Shown: one piece after another, positions 8,696-16,661 of the stretch | Layout of the letters: each line of letters begins with the position of its first letter | Numbering within the stretch: position 1 is the first letter of the stretch | Virus record (IMG/VR): IMGVR_UViG_3300037797_000133 | Coordinates: 14,597 to 78,596 of that record | Length of the DNA: 64,000 nt | Direction: 5' to 3' (one strand) | Source: a virus | Taxonomy: Duplodnaviria; Caudoviricetes | The notes under the pieces: generated by a model | The model's input: only the letters and a program-made list of their open reading frames with translations | What the model was told of the DNA's origin: nothing | The model's database searches: none | Made by a program: the position numbers and the translations under genes

Positions 8696-9024
8696 CCGTA
8701 GAACTCCCACTTCGCTGACGGCCACTGGAGGGCAGCGCGCCGCATCTCGTGGAGCACCGCTAGCAGCGACTCGTACGAGCCCCACTTGTTCTCCGGGTTC
8801 ATCGCCTCGAAGCGGCGGCGCTGCGCCGACATGGTGTCGATGACCATGCCGAGCTTGGCCGCCACCTCGTCGGAGCCGAGCGACTCACGGGGCCAGAACT
8901 CCGGCCAGCCCGCCTCACGGATCATCCGGTTGCAGTTGTGCGTGTAGTTCACGGCGAGCACCTCGAACGTGCTCTCGTCGCCGTCGACCTCGTGGGTGAC
9001 CGTGGCGGTCGCGTCCCAGCTCAT
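8692..9024 (-). CDS. hypothetical phage protein
   Basis: NYTHNCNRM...MNPENKWGSYE pattern; RBS GAGG. Confidence 0.75.
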   Translation of the reverse strand: MSWDATATVTHEVDGDESTFEVLAVNYTHNCNRMIREAGWPEFWPRESLGSDEVAAKLGMVIDTMSAQRRRFEAMNPENKWGSYESLLAVLHEMRRAALQWPSAKWEFYG

Positions 9025-9200
9025 CGGGCCTCTTCCTCCTGGAGCACAGCTCCGGATCGGTGGCTGGCCTTGTGGCGGGCCAGGTAGTCGTCTGCCGACG
9101 CTGCGTTCCGCGGCGGGGACGTGTAGCCACACGTGCACCACACCCGGGGACGTCGGGGATCGCCGACGAGGGCGCACTGATGGCGGGCGGGGCGGGTCAC
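9021..9200 (-). CDS. small Cys/His protein
   Basis: VWCTCG...YLARH; coupled overlaps. Confidence 0.55.
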   Translation of the reverse strand: MTRPARHQCALVGDPRRPRVWCTCGYTSPPRNAASADDYLARHKASHRSGAVLQEEEAR

Positions 9201-9481
9201 GGCGCCGCCTGCGTCAGGCCGAGCAGGACGGCCATGTCGTCCGACATCGGCTCGAACTCGATCGCCGGCGTCCAGCGGATCCACTCGTGGCTCCCGTCCG
9301 CCTTCGTGTTCGGCTGCCACCCGGCGCTCATGCGGCGGACCAGCTCGTCACGCTCGGCCCGCAGCGCCTCGTGGCTGCGCAGCACCTCCAGGAACGTCAT
9401 CGACGCGAGGCCCATCGCGCTGGCGGCCTCCTCGTCGTGCAGCAGGTCAGCCGTCCGCTCGACCGGCAGGATCTCGCTCAT
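9197..9481 (-). CDS. hypothetical protein
   Basis: ATGA-coupled ORF, 94 aa. Confidence 0.65.
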   Translation of the reverse strand: MSEILPVERTADLLHDEEAASAMGLASMTFLEVLRSHEALRAERDELVRRMSAGWQPNTKADGSHEWIRWTPAIEFEPMSDDMAVLLGLTQAAP

Positions 9482-9675
9482 CGCAGGCCCTCCCGCTCGC
9501 CTGGCCCGTCATGCCCCAGGGGCACGTCCCAGTCCTCGACGTGGGCGAGACGGTCCATCTCGACCCGCTCGTCGCCGCGGGCGCAGGCGAGGGCGTCCAC
9601 CGCCGAGTCGCACACGCCACCACACACCCGGCACTCGACCCCGGCAGGGAGGGGGGATGGAGCGACGACGCTCAC
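9478..9675 (-). CDS. small Cys-rich protein
   Basis: CRVCGGVC...C. Confidence 0.6.
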   Translation of the reverse strand: MSVVAPSPLPAGVECRVCGGVCDSAVDALACARGDERVEMDRLAHVEDWDVPLGHDGPGEREGLR

Positions 9676-9932
9676 GACGCACGCCCCGTCGCGGGCCGCA
9701 TGTACTCCTCGTCACGGGTCCTGATCCGTTCGGTGGCGGACAGCTCGTCGCTACGGCGAGGCGGCTGCCCGGCCGCCGCTCGCAGCTGCGCCAGCGTCGA
9801 GCAACGGAAGCACGTGACCATGTCCTCCGGCTCCAGCGTCGGCCCGTTGCAGGCGAAGAACTGGCAGTCGAGCCGGTCGAGCGCGTCCACCGCGTCGAGC
9901 AGCAGCTCCTGCGGGATGGCGACGACGGTCAC
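9672..9932 (-). CDS. small Cys-containing protein
   Basis: CQFFAC...CFRC. Confidence 0.65.
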   Translation of the reverse strand: MTVVAIPQELLLDAVDALDRLDCQFFACNGPTLEPEDMVTCFRCSTLAQLRAAAGQPPRRSDELSATERIRTRDEEYMRPATGRAS

Positions 9933-10147
9933 AGCCCCTCCTCCGAGTCGAACGAGGACCAGCCGCGACCAACCCGGAAGCAGCCGTCCCAGCGCGAGGC
10001 GTCACGCAACAGCGCGTCCATCTCGAGCGCCGACAGCGGGCCACGCCCCAACGGGAGGTAGCGCTCCGCGACCTCGGCCGCGGACACGGGTCGGTCGAAC
10101 GTCATCTCCGCGTCGAGCAACGCGCCCAGCACCGTGTCGCCGCTCAC
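9929..10147 (-). CDS. small possible wHTH protein
   Basis: RPVSAAEVAERY...; GTGA coupling. Confidence 0.55.
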   Translation of the reverse strand: MSGDTVLGALLDAEMTFDRPVSAAEVAERYLPLGRGPLSALEMDALLRDASRWDGCFRVGRGWSSFDSEEGL

Positions 10148-10434
10148 GACGCACCACCGAACGAGTCGACCCAGGCGTCCACATCGGCGTCGTCCTGGGC
10201 CTGCTTGCGTTCCCGGTCAGCCGCCACCTGCGCAGCGTTCGCCGCAGCGAGGGCAGCCACCAGGCCCGGCAGGACCGACGGCGGGAACACCACCGCGCCC
10301 TCCTGCCACGAGCCGTCCTCCTCGCGGTCCTGCGCCACGATCGACGCGTGGCAGTCCGGGGAGGACCGCACCACCAGGCGACCGCCGTCGTAGGCGATCG
10401 TCACGTCGACCGGGAGGCCGTCGGTGGCGCTCAC
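10144..10434 (-). CDS. hypothetical protein
   Basis: GTGA-coupled ORF, 96 aa. Confidence 0.65.
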   Translation of the reverse strand: MSATDGLPVDVTIAYDGGRLVVRSSPDCHASIVAQDREEDGSWQEGAVVFPPSVLPGLVAALAAANAAQVAADRERKQAQDDADVDAWVDSFGGAS

Positions 10435-10715
10435 GACTCACCGCCGCTGCGGCCGGCAGCGTTGCGCTTGTCGAGCGAACGGCTGCGCAGGTACTCGGCC
10501 CGGTCGCGCAGGTGCCGGTCGTGCTGGTCCTCACCACAGAGACGCACGGCGTCCCGCAGCAGCGACTCCATGTCGTCGGCCACCTCGTCGAGACGGTCCG
10601 GATGGGCGCTCCGGGCGTCGATCGTGTTGCCGAGATGCTTCGCCATCATCCGGAGGCCGCCAGCGGCCAGCACCGGGTTCGACGTCAGGTTGGGGGTGTT
10701 GGGTCCGTCGCTCAC
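10431..10715 (-). CDS. first gene of leftward early operon (hypothetical)
   Basis: GTG 6 nt after a TACTCT -10 box (leaderless geometry). Confidence 0.6.
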   Translation of the reverse strand: MSDGPNTPNLTSNPVLAAGGLRMMAKHLGNTIDARSAHPDRLDEVADDMESLLRDAVRLCGEDQHDRHLRDRAEYLRSRSLDKRNAAGRSGGES

Positions 10716-10717
10716 AT

Positions 10718-10752
10718 CGCCAGAGTAAGCGGTCGATCCTCGCTTAGTCAAG
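10718..10752 (-). promoter_or_regulatory. leftward sigma-A type early promoter with operator-like palindrome
   Basis: Minus strand TTGACT-N18-TACTCT; TAAGCG-N9-CGCTTA palindrome in the spacer; 15/16 match to the cro promoter. Confidence 0.7.
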
Positions 10753-10798
10753 CGGTGAAGTAGAACCCTCTCGCCCTGGTAATGGGCAGTATCACCGC
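10752..10798. other. candidate attP or operator upstream of integrase
   Basis: 47-bp segment bounded by inverted repeat GCGGTGA...TCACCGC; size fits serine-integrase attP but the half-site also resembles the local operator. Confidence 0.3.
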
Positions 10799-10826
10799 CA
10801 CTCTGTGAGCGTGTACGGTCCGCCTG

Positions 10827-12260
10827 GTGGAGGTGCTCCCGCGGGCCGCTGCGATCTACACGAGGATCTCGCTCGACCGCTCCGGCGAGGGCCTCGGCGT
10901 GGCCCGCCAGGAAGCCGACTGCCGACGTCTCGCCACCGAACGTGGCTGGCACGTCCACCGTGTGTACCCGGACAACGACCTCAGCGGTAGTGCCCGCGGT
11001 GTCACCCGCCCCGAGTACGACCAGCTCTGCGCCGACATCGCTGCCGGGATCGTCGATGCCGTCATCTGCTGGGACCTCGACCGGCTCACCCGCCAGCCCC
11101 GCCAGCTAGAGGAGTTCGTCGAGCTGTGCGACCGGGCCGGCGTACGTCACCTCGCTACCGTGTCCGGCGACATCCACATCGGCACCGGCGACGGCCTCCT
11201 CGTCGCGAGGATCAAGGGCGCGGTGGCGGCCGAGGAGGCGCGCAAGATCCGCCAGCGGGTCGCTCGCAAGCAGCAGGAGCTGGCCGAACGGGGTCTGCCC
11301 GGTGGCGGCGGCAAACGGCCACTCGGCTTCCAAGCCGACCGGATCACCCACGACCCCACGGAGGCAGCGGCCCTCCGCTACGCCGTCGATGTCGTGCTTA
11401 CCGGTGGCACCCTGGCTGACGCCGCAGCGGACGTGTCGTCGCGCCTCGCCCGCCCCGTCGATCCGTCCTCGCTGCGCCGAGTGCTCGTGTCGCCTCGCCT
11501 CGCCGGCCTCCGCCAGCGGCACGGCGCGATCGTCGGCGAGGCGAAGTGGGCGCCGATCATCGAGCCGGAGACCCAGGAACGGCTACGCGCCACGCTCGCC
11601 GGCAGGTACCGCTACAGCCGCCCCTACCGGGCCCACCTCCTCGGCGGCATCGCCCGCTGCGGCGCCCCAGGCTGCGACGCCAAGCTCCACGCCCAGGTCG
11701 TGAAAGGCCGACGGGAGGGTCTCGTCCAGTACTCGTGCCGGCGGGCCCGCGGCGGCTGCGGCCGAGTCGCCGTCACCGCCGACATCCTCGAAGGCGAGGT
11801 GCTGGCCGAGGTGCAACGCTGGCTACAGCAGCCCGAGTTCGCCGCCGCCATCGCCGCCGCCGTCGACGGCGACCCGCAGGGCGACCTCGACGACCTCGCC
11901 GCACAGGTCGTAGCGGCGGAGGCCGCGCTCGAGTCGCTCGCCCGGGAACGTCAGGAACTCGGCCTGGAGGTGGCGGAGTGGAAGGCGTTGCGGGAACCGA
12001 TCGCAGCCCGGCTCGACGCCGCCCGCCGCACGCTCAGCGAGGCCCGGCAGCGCAGCGGCCCGACACCGTTCTCAGGCGTCACCCCGGCCGAGCTCGCGGA
12101 GCTATGGCCGGCGCTGGCCGCCGACCCGGCCACGATGCGAGAGCTGATCCGCCTGCTCGTGGGCGAGATCCGGGTACGCCCCGTAGGCAAGGGCTGGCGA
12201 AGCGCAGTGCGTCAGCGGGTGCAGGTCGTGCCGGCATGGAGTGTCAGTGGCAGGGGCTGA
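10827..12260 (+). CDS. int: large serine recombinase (phage integrase)
   Basis: Resolvase motif AAIYTRIS, DLDRLTR, recombinase domain, Zn ribbon CGAPGC...YSCRRARGGCG, coiled coil. Confidence 0.95.
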   Translation: MEVLPRAAAIYTRISLDRSGEGLGVARQEADCRRLATERGWHVHRVYPDNDLSGSARGVTRPEYDQLCADIAAGIVDAVICWDLDRLTRQPRQLEEFVELCDRAGVRHLATVSGDIHIGTGDGLLVARIKGAVAAEEARKIRQRVARKQQELAERGLPGGGGKRPLGFQADRITHDPTEAAALRYAVDVVLTGGTLADAAADVSSRLARPVDPSSLRRVLVSPRLAGLRQRHGAIVGEAKWAPIIEPETQERLRATLAGRYRYSRPYRAHLLGGIARCGAPGCDAKLHAQVVKGRREGLVQYSCRRARGGCGRVAVTADILEGEVLAEVQRWLQQPEFAAAIAAAVDGDPQGDLDDLAAQVVAAEAALESLARERQELGLEVAEWKALREPIAARLDAARRTLSEARQRSGPTPFSGVTPAELAELWPALAADPATMRELIRLLVGEIRVRPVGKGWRSAVRQRVQVVPAWSVSGRG

Positions 12261-12341
12261 CAAGCCCGTACCCCCCCGGTTCACTTGCCCACGGATCGTG
12301 GGTAGGGTCGCGCGCACAGGGAGTAGTCGAACGGAGCGGGG

Positions 12342-12569
12342 TTGATGGGGATCAGCGATGATCCACGCGGCGAGGCGGGATTGAGCCGGCGGGTCGATGA
12401 GCTGGAGGACGGCTTCATCGAACTGCAAACGATCGTGTTCAACAGGTCGTCGGAGCAGCGCGAGGACTTGGACCGCAAGGCGGCGTCGGTCCACGAGCGC
12501 TTAGACGACCTGGAACGGGTGATGCAGCTCATCCTCGCCCAGCTGAATGATCGGAAGCCCGCTGGCTGA
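12342..12569 (+). CDS. small coiled-coil protein resembling the repressor C-terminus
   Basis: VHERLDDLERVMQLILAQL vs repressor VEERLADLEAQMREILRAL; TAGGGT -10-like box upstream. Confidence 0.65.
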   Translation: MMGISDDPRGEAGLSRRVDELEDGFIELQTIVFNRSSEQREDLDRKAASVHERLDDLERVMQLILAQLNDRKPAG

Positions 12570-12903
12570 GCGCCCGCAGGATCTCCCGCATCTGGGCCTC
12601 CAGGTCCGCTAGCCGTTCCTCCACCGTCCGCTCCCGCCCGCCGATGAGGCTGTCGCGGGGGGCGGCTGCGTCCTCGGGTTCGCCGCCCTTGCGGATGGCG
12701 TCGATGGCCCCGGGCGGCCAGTCCAGCGCGATCGACACGGAACGTAGCGTCGTGGGTTGGTAGCGGCTCTGCCGCGCCGTCTCGATCAACCGGATCGTCG
12801 ATGTCGCTACGCCGGCCGCGTGGGCGACGGCTTCCTGCGTGAGGCCGAGATCCTCGCGCCGCTGGCGAGCGCGCGCGCCCACCCGTTTCCAACCGTCGTC
12901 CAT
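12529..12903 (-). CDS. XRE-family HTH immunity repressor (CI-like)
   Basis: RREDLGLTQEAVAHAAGVATSTIRLIE; divergent from a second XRE gene, next to the integrase. Confidence 0.85.
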   Translation of the reverse strand: MDDGWKRVGARARQRREDLGLTQEAVAHAAGVATSTIRLIETARQSRYQPTTLRSVSIALDWPPGAIDAIRKGGEPEDAAAPRDSLIGGRERTVEERLADLEAQMREILRALSQRASDHSAGRG

Positions 12904-12981
12904 GGGGCGAGTTTGTACGGCAACTGTCGCGTGATTCAAGCGCCGACACCCTCGGTGACCAGGACTTTTCGGATCGTCACG

Positions 12982-13044
12982 GTAAGCGGTTGAAACACCG
13001 GCGCCAAGCGCTTGTATCGGCGCCGGTCACCGCTTACACTGGCG
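12982..13044 (+). promoter_or_regulatory. rightward early promoter and operator region
   Basis: TTGTAT(13012)-N17-TACACT(13035); nested inverted repeats GTAAGCGGT/ACCGCTTAC and ACCGGCGCC/GGCGCCGGT. Confidence 0.75.
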
Positions 13045-13047
13045 GTC

Positions 13048-13353
13048 GTGACGACGGACGCCGCGACCCTTCCCGCTGATCTCGACGAGCCGCCCGCCGC
13101 TGGGCTCGTCGCGGTCGCTTGGCACGCCTTCCACCGACGTAAGGACGACCTCAAGCTGAGCCAGCGCGAGGTCGCCGAGCGAGCGGCGGTCTCCGAGTAC
13201 ACGATCCGGCTGCTGGAGAAGGCGGGCCAGTCGAGCTTTCAGCGCTCGACGATGCGCTCCATCTCGCTCGCCCTCGACTGGCCGGGCGACGCTCTGGAGC
13301 GCATCCAGGCTGGCCTGCCCCCGGTCGCTCGCAAGCGCAAGGCATCGGCGTGA
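13048..13353 (+). CDS. XRE-family HTH Cro-like regulator
   Basis: KDDLKLSQREVAERAAVSEYTIRLLE; leaderless GTG 7 nt after the -10 box. Confidence 0.85.
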   Translation: MTTDAATLPADLDEPPAAGLVAVAWHAFHRRKDDLKLSQREVAERAAVSEYTIRLLEKAGQSSFQRSTMRSISLALDWPGDALERIQAGLPPVARKRKASA

Positions 13354-13481
13354 GCGACGACGCCCGACCCGAGTGGGGGCCGGCACCCGCTGACGTGTGT
13401 GAGCGCGTCGCCCGCCTGCTCGCCCCGAAGCTCAAGGAGCTGCGCGAGCGCAAGGCCGAGGCCGAGCGAGGTGTGGCGTGA
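13350..13481 (+). CDS. hypothetical protein (43 aa)
   Basis: Read manually: MSDDARPEWGP...; GTGA overlaps on both sides. Confidence 0.55.
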   Translation: MSDDARPEWGPAPADVCERVARLLAPKLKELRERKAEAERGVA

Positions 13482-14023
13482 GCGGCCGGGAGTGGGCCCG
13501 CATCGATCCGGCGCCGTCGTTCGGCATGGCCCTGTCGAGCCAGGGCGGGACCGTCCATCGGGTCCGGGCGGCCTATCGGTACTCACCTCCCCTCGGCATG
13601 CCGTCTGCGATCTGGGCGGTGTGGGAATGCCGGCCCGGCACCTGCGTCGAGGCTTGGCATTCGTCGGCCCGCCACGTCCAGCTGATGGACGACCCCGGCG
13701 CCCATCTTCGCTGCGCCAAGTGCGGCGTGGAGGACACCGGCAATCCGTCACTGGCATCGGGCCGGCCTGGCTGGCCGGACATCCCGGTGTCGCTCTACGT
13801 CGCCCGTCGCGTCGACGGCGTGGTGAAGGTCGGCTGCACGACTGACGTCGAGCGGCGGATGCGGCAGCTCGACGCGGAGCTGCTGGCCAGCCGTCCCGGC
13901 AACTACGTCGACGAGCGTCGCTTACTGGCCGGTCTGCCGCTGGAACCCGTCGAGGGCCAGGAGTGGTTCGCCCCTGGCTCTGAAGCCGTCCTGCTGGCCG
14001 CTCTCAACGAGGTCGCGGCATGA
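13478..14023 (+). CDS. GIY-YIG/T5orf172-like domain protein
   Basis: C-terminal LYVARRVDGVVKVGCTTDVERRM...E...EWF. Confidence 0.6.
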   Translation: MSGREWARIDPAPSFGMALSSQGGTVHRVRAAYRYSPPLGMPSAIWAVWECRPGTCVEAWHSSARHVQLMDDPGAHLRCAKCGVEDTGNPSLASGRPGWPDIPVSLYVARRVDGVVKVGCTTDVERRMRQLDAELLASRPGNYVDERRLLAGLPLEPVEGQEWFAPGSEAVLLAALNEVAA

Positions 14024-14341
14024 CCACCCCCACCCCTGGGACGTCGAGCGCTGATCGCGGCGGGTTCCCCCTGCCTGTCGCGGCCAGCGCTGGACGTCCC
14101 GGCCTGGTCCGTCCCGCGGAAGGGCCGGCCGGGGCGCCCTCTTCTCGGCGATCGGCACGCCTGTCCGCGGTTGCGCGGACGGGTCTGCGGGTGGCCGAGC
14201 CCGTTGCGAGCCAGCCCCGTAGCCGGCGTGCCTCCCCCAGTGGTCACGTCGGCCTCGGCCACCCCACCCCGTAAAGGCCGAAGGCCGGCCCCCAGCTTTG
14301 ACGGGCAGGGACCGGCCTTCCGAGACCAGGAGATCAACGTA

Positions 14342-14581
14342 ATGAGAGTTTCCCTACGTGTCGACCCCGAGGGTCGGGCCCGGCTCGATCAGCATCGGGC
14401 GCACCGGATCATGCTCGCCTTGCAGCGGGAGGGCGCGACGCCGGAGGAGGTGGCTGAGCTGTCGCCGCTGGGGTGGCTGCTCGCTGGTTCGCTGGCCGAG
14501 TTGCAGTCGCCGCCGTCCGGTGACGTGAAGCGGATCGTGCTCGCCGAGTACCGGCTCGAGGACGAGGCGGTGTCGGCGTGA
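14342..14581 (+). CDS. hypothetical protein
   Basis: AGGAGA RBS after hairpin 14280-14320. Confidence 0.6.
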   Translation: MRVSLRVDPEGRARLDQHRAHRIMLALQREGATPEEVAELSPLGWLLAGSLAELQSPPSGDVKRIVLAEYRLEDEAVSA

Positions 14582-14769
14582 GCGTCATCTACGCCTGGTG
14601 CACCGACTGCGAGCTGTACGCCCCGGTCGTGGTGCTCGCCCCCAATGGGCCGCAGATCCTCACCCACCCGACTCGCAACGACGACGGGACCTGCCGTGGC
14701 ACGGGACGGGTCCTCGCCCCCGGCTCGGAGACGCTCACGGCTGACGAGATCTTCGGCGGTGCGTCGTGA
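14578..14769 (+). CDS. small zinc-ribbon protein
   Basis: CTDC...H...CRGTG. Confidence 0.65.
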   Translation: MSVIYAWCTDCELYAPVVVLAPNGPQILTHPTRNDDGTCRGTGRVLAPGSETLTADEIFGGAS

Positions 14770-15041
14770 GCGCCACCGCCGACTTCGAGGTCCCGGCTGC
14801 CGAGCTGCTGGCCGAGGACGAGCGGTACCGCCGCGAGCACCTGGGCCTCCCGACCCGCACCGTCCATTCGGAGGTGTGGGGTTCGCACACGACCCGCTGC
14901 TGGAACGCCGGCATGGCTGCGGCTGTCGCCGATCTGGAGGACGAGCCGGTGTTCGGTTCGCCGACGGCGTTCGTGTGCACGTGCGGCCAGGCCGTGAACC
15001 CGCTGACGATGCTCCTGATCGCCACCGGTGGTGAGGCGTGA
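14766..15041 (+). CDS. hypothetical protein
   Basis: GTGA coupling; CW...CTCG. Confidence 0.6.
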   Translation: MSATADFEVPAAELLAEDERYRREHLGLPTRTVHSEVWGSHTTRCWNAGMAAAVADLEDEPVFGSPTAFVCTCGQAVNPLTMLLIATGGEA

Positions 15042-15325
15042 CCGCGCTCGATCCGGTCCTCGCCGCGCCGGCCGTGGCCGACGACCTCAACGATGTCGCC
15101 CGCTTCGTCCGCAAGGCCGAGATGTTCGCCCCGCTGTTCTTCGACGAGGGCTTCACGCTCACGGTCGAGACCCGCCACGAGTGGCTGTCCGCTGTCGAGC
15201 TGATGGAGGCCCACGGCGGCGTCGACCACGGCGTCTCCGCCGACCGCGAGTGGGCGGTCGCGTCCACCTACTTCGGTGGCCTGACCGTGTCGGTGCAGGC
15301 GCCGCTGGCGGAGGTGGGGGAGTGA
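15038..15325 (+). CDS. hypothetical protein
   Basis: GTGA coupling. Confidence 0.65.
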   Translation: MTALDPVLAAPAVADDLNDVARFVRKAEMFAPLFFDEGFTLTVETRHEWLSAVELMEAHGGVDHGVSADREWAVASTYFGGLTVSVQAPLAEVGE

Positions 15326-15705
15326 TGGCCCACCGCGAAGACCCGATCATCGTGGCGATCGCTCAGGCCATCGACCACGTCCGCAAGGGCAACGCCGGGG
15401 CGGCCGTCGACACGCTGGAGGCGGCCGACCCGGACGGCTTCATGTCCACCTACGCGATCGCTGGCGGTATCGCCCGCCTCGGGATCACGAGTGGGCCGGT
15501 CACGGTCACGTCGTTCGGCTCGACGCCGGGCCAGGACGAGTACGGGGCTTCCCTCGGTGCGTTCATCGCTGCCGCCGGCAACGGCGACGTCGAGGGGGCG
15601 CGGGCGGTCTACTTCGCTGACGCCTTCGTCACCGGCGAGATGATGGGCGACCTCCTCATCATCGCTAGCCAGCTCGTCGATGGTGCTTCCGGGGCGGTCG
15701 GCTGA
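15325..15705 (+). CDS. hypothetical protein
   Basis: TGATG coupling, GGAGG RBS. Confidence 0.65.
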   Translation: MAHREDPIIVAIAQAIDHVRKGNAGAAVDTLEAADPDGFMSTYAIAGGIARLGITSGPVTVTSFGSTPGQDEYGASLGAFIAAAGNGDVEGARAVYFADAFVTGEMMGDLLIIASQLVDGASGAVG

Positions 15706-16661
15706 TGGCCCTCGCCAAGGACCTGTCCCACCTGCCGACCCCGGCAGCCACGAAGGACGAGCCGTTCGCCCCGGACCCGGAGCCGACGTTCCTCCTGCCG
15801 TACCTGGACGACCTCGTCGCCCGGAACGCAGCCGAGGGCCAGCGCCCGCACGCCGTCGCGGGCACCCGGTTCCGCCACTCGATGGCCGGCAACTGCTCGA
15901 GGGCCGTCGCCTACTACGCGCTCGGCGTCGACGAGTCGAACCCGATGGACCTGTGCGGCGTGGTCGTCACCGGCAACGGGACGGCGAAGCACGACGAGAT
16001 CCAGGACGTGCTCATCCGTGAGGTCGACGGCCTCACCGTCGAGGTGCCCTGCCAGGTCGACGACTTCGACGGGTCCGGCAACGCCGACGGCCTGCGCGTC
16101 ATCGACGGCAAGCGCATCTGCTGGGAGCACAAGAACGTCGGCGGGTTCGCCTTCAAGATGGCGATCGGGGAGCGCTCGGCGCCGCAGGGCCCGAAGCACG
16201 ACCACATCGTCCAGGCGGGCCTGAACGCCCTCGCTCTGGGTGCTGACACGGTGGTCATCACCTACCTGACGTGGGAGGCGGTGAGCGTCCAGGCCGCGGC
16301 CCGGAAGCACATCGACGGCCCGAACCGCATCGCCGCCCAGTGGACGATCGAGCGGGACGTCTGGGAGCCGCTGGCCCTCGATGAGGTGAAGCGCATCAAG
16401 GCGATCCTCGCCATGGTCGACGGCGGCACGCTCCCGGCCCGCAAGATCCCGGACCCGCAGCTGCCGAAGGGCGCGGTCATCGTCGACCCTTCGTCGGCTC
16501 GGTGGGAGCAGCACAACGCCGACGGCGAGATCCTCGATACCGGATCTACTTGGTCGTGTTTCTACTGTCGCTGGCAGGACCTCTGCGTTCGCACGCCCGC
16601 CGGCCGTGCCCCCGTCGAGACGCTCGTCGAGATCGGCGCACTCCCCGAGGTGGCGGCATGA
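15705..16661 (+). CDS. Cas4/AddB-like PD-(D/E)XK exonuclease with Fe-S staple
   Basis: N-terminal NCSRAVAYY, GNADG...WEHK, HIVQAGLN, C-terminal CFYCRWQDLC (1+3 Cys). Confidence 0.8.
   Translation: MALAKDLSHLPTPAATKDEPFAPDPEPTFLLPYLDDLVARNAAEGQRPHAVAGTRFRHSMAGNCSRAVAYYALGVDESNPMDLCGVVVTGNGTAKHDEIQDVLIREVDGLTVEVPCQVDDFDGSGNADGLRVIDGKRICWEHKNVGGFAFKMAIGERSAPQGPKHDHIVQAGLNALALGADTVVITYLTWEAVSVQAAARKHIDGPNRIAAQWTIERDVWEPLALDEVKRIKAILAMVDGGTLPARKIPDPQLPKGAVIVDPSSARWEQHNADGEILDTGSTWSCFYCRWQDLCVRTPAGRAPVETLVEIGALPEVAA

Noticed and set aside
10790-10800. TATCACCGCCA identical to a lambda operator half-site
   Set aside because: Short match in an unrelated phage; treated as coincidence, not contamination or homology.
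14020-14274. 84-aa ORF after the GIY-YIG-like gene
   Set aside because: Coupled start, but low-complexity Pro/Arg/Ala content and atypical codons; not confident it is a real protein, so not listed as a feature.
15705-16661. Cas4-like gene as a sign of CRISPR-Cas
   Set aside because: No cas1/cas2 or repeat-spacer array; solo Cas4-like exonucleases are common in phages.
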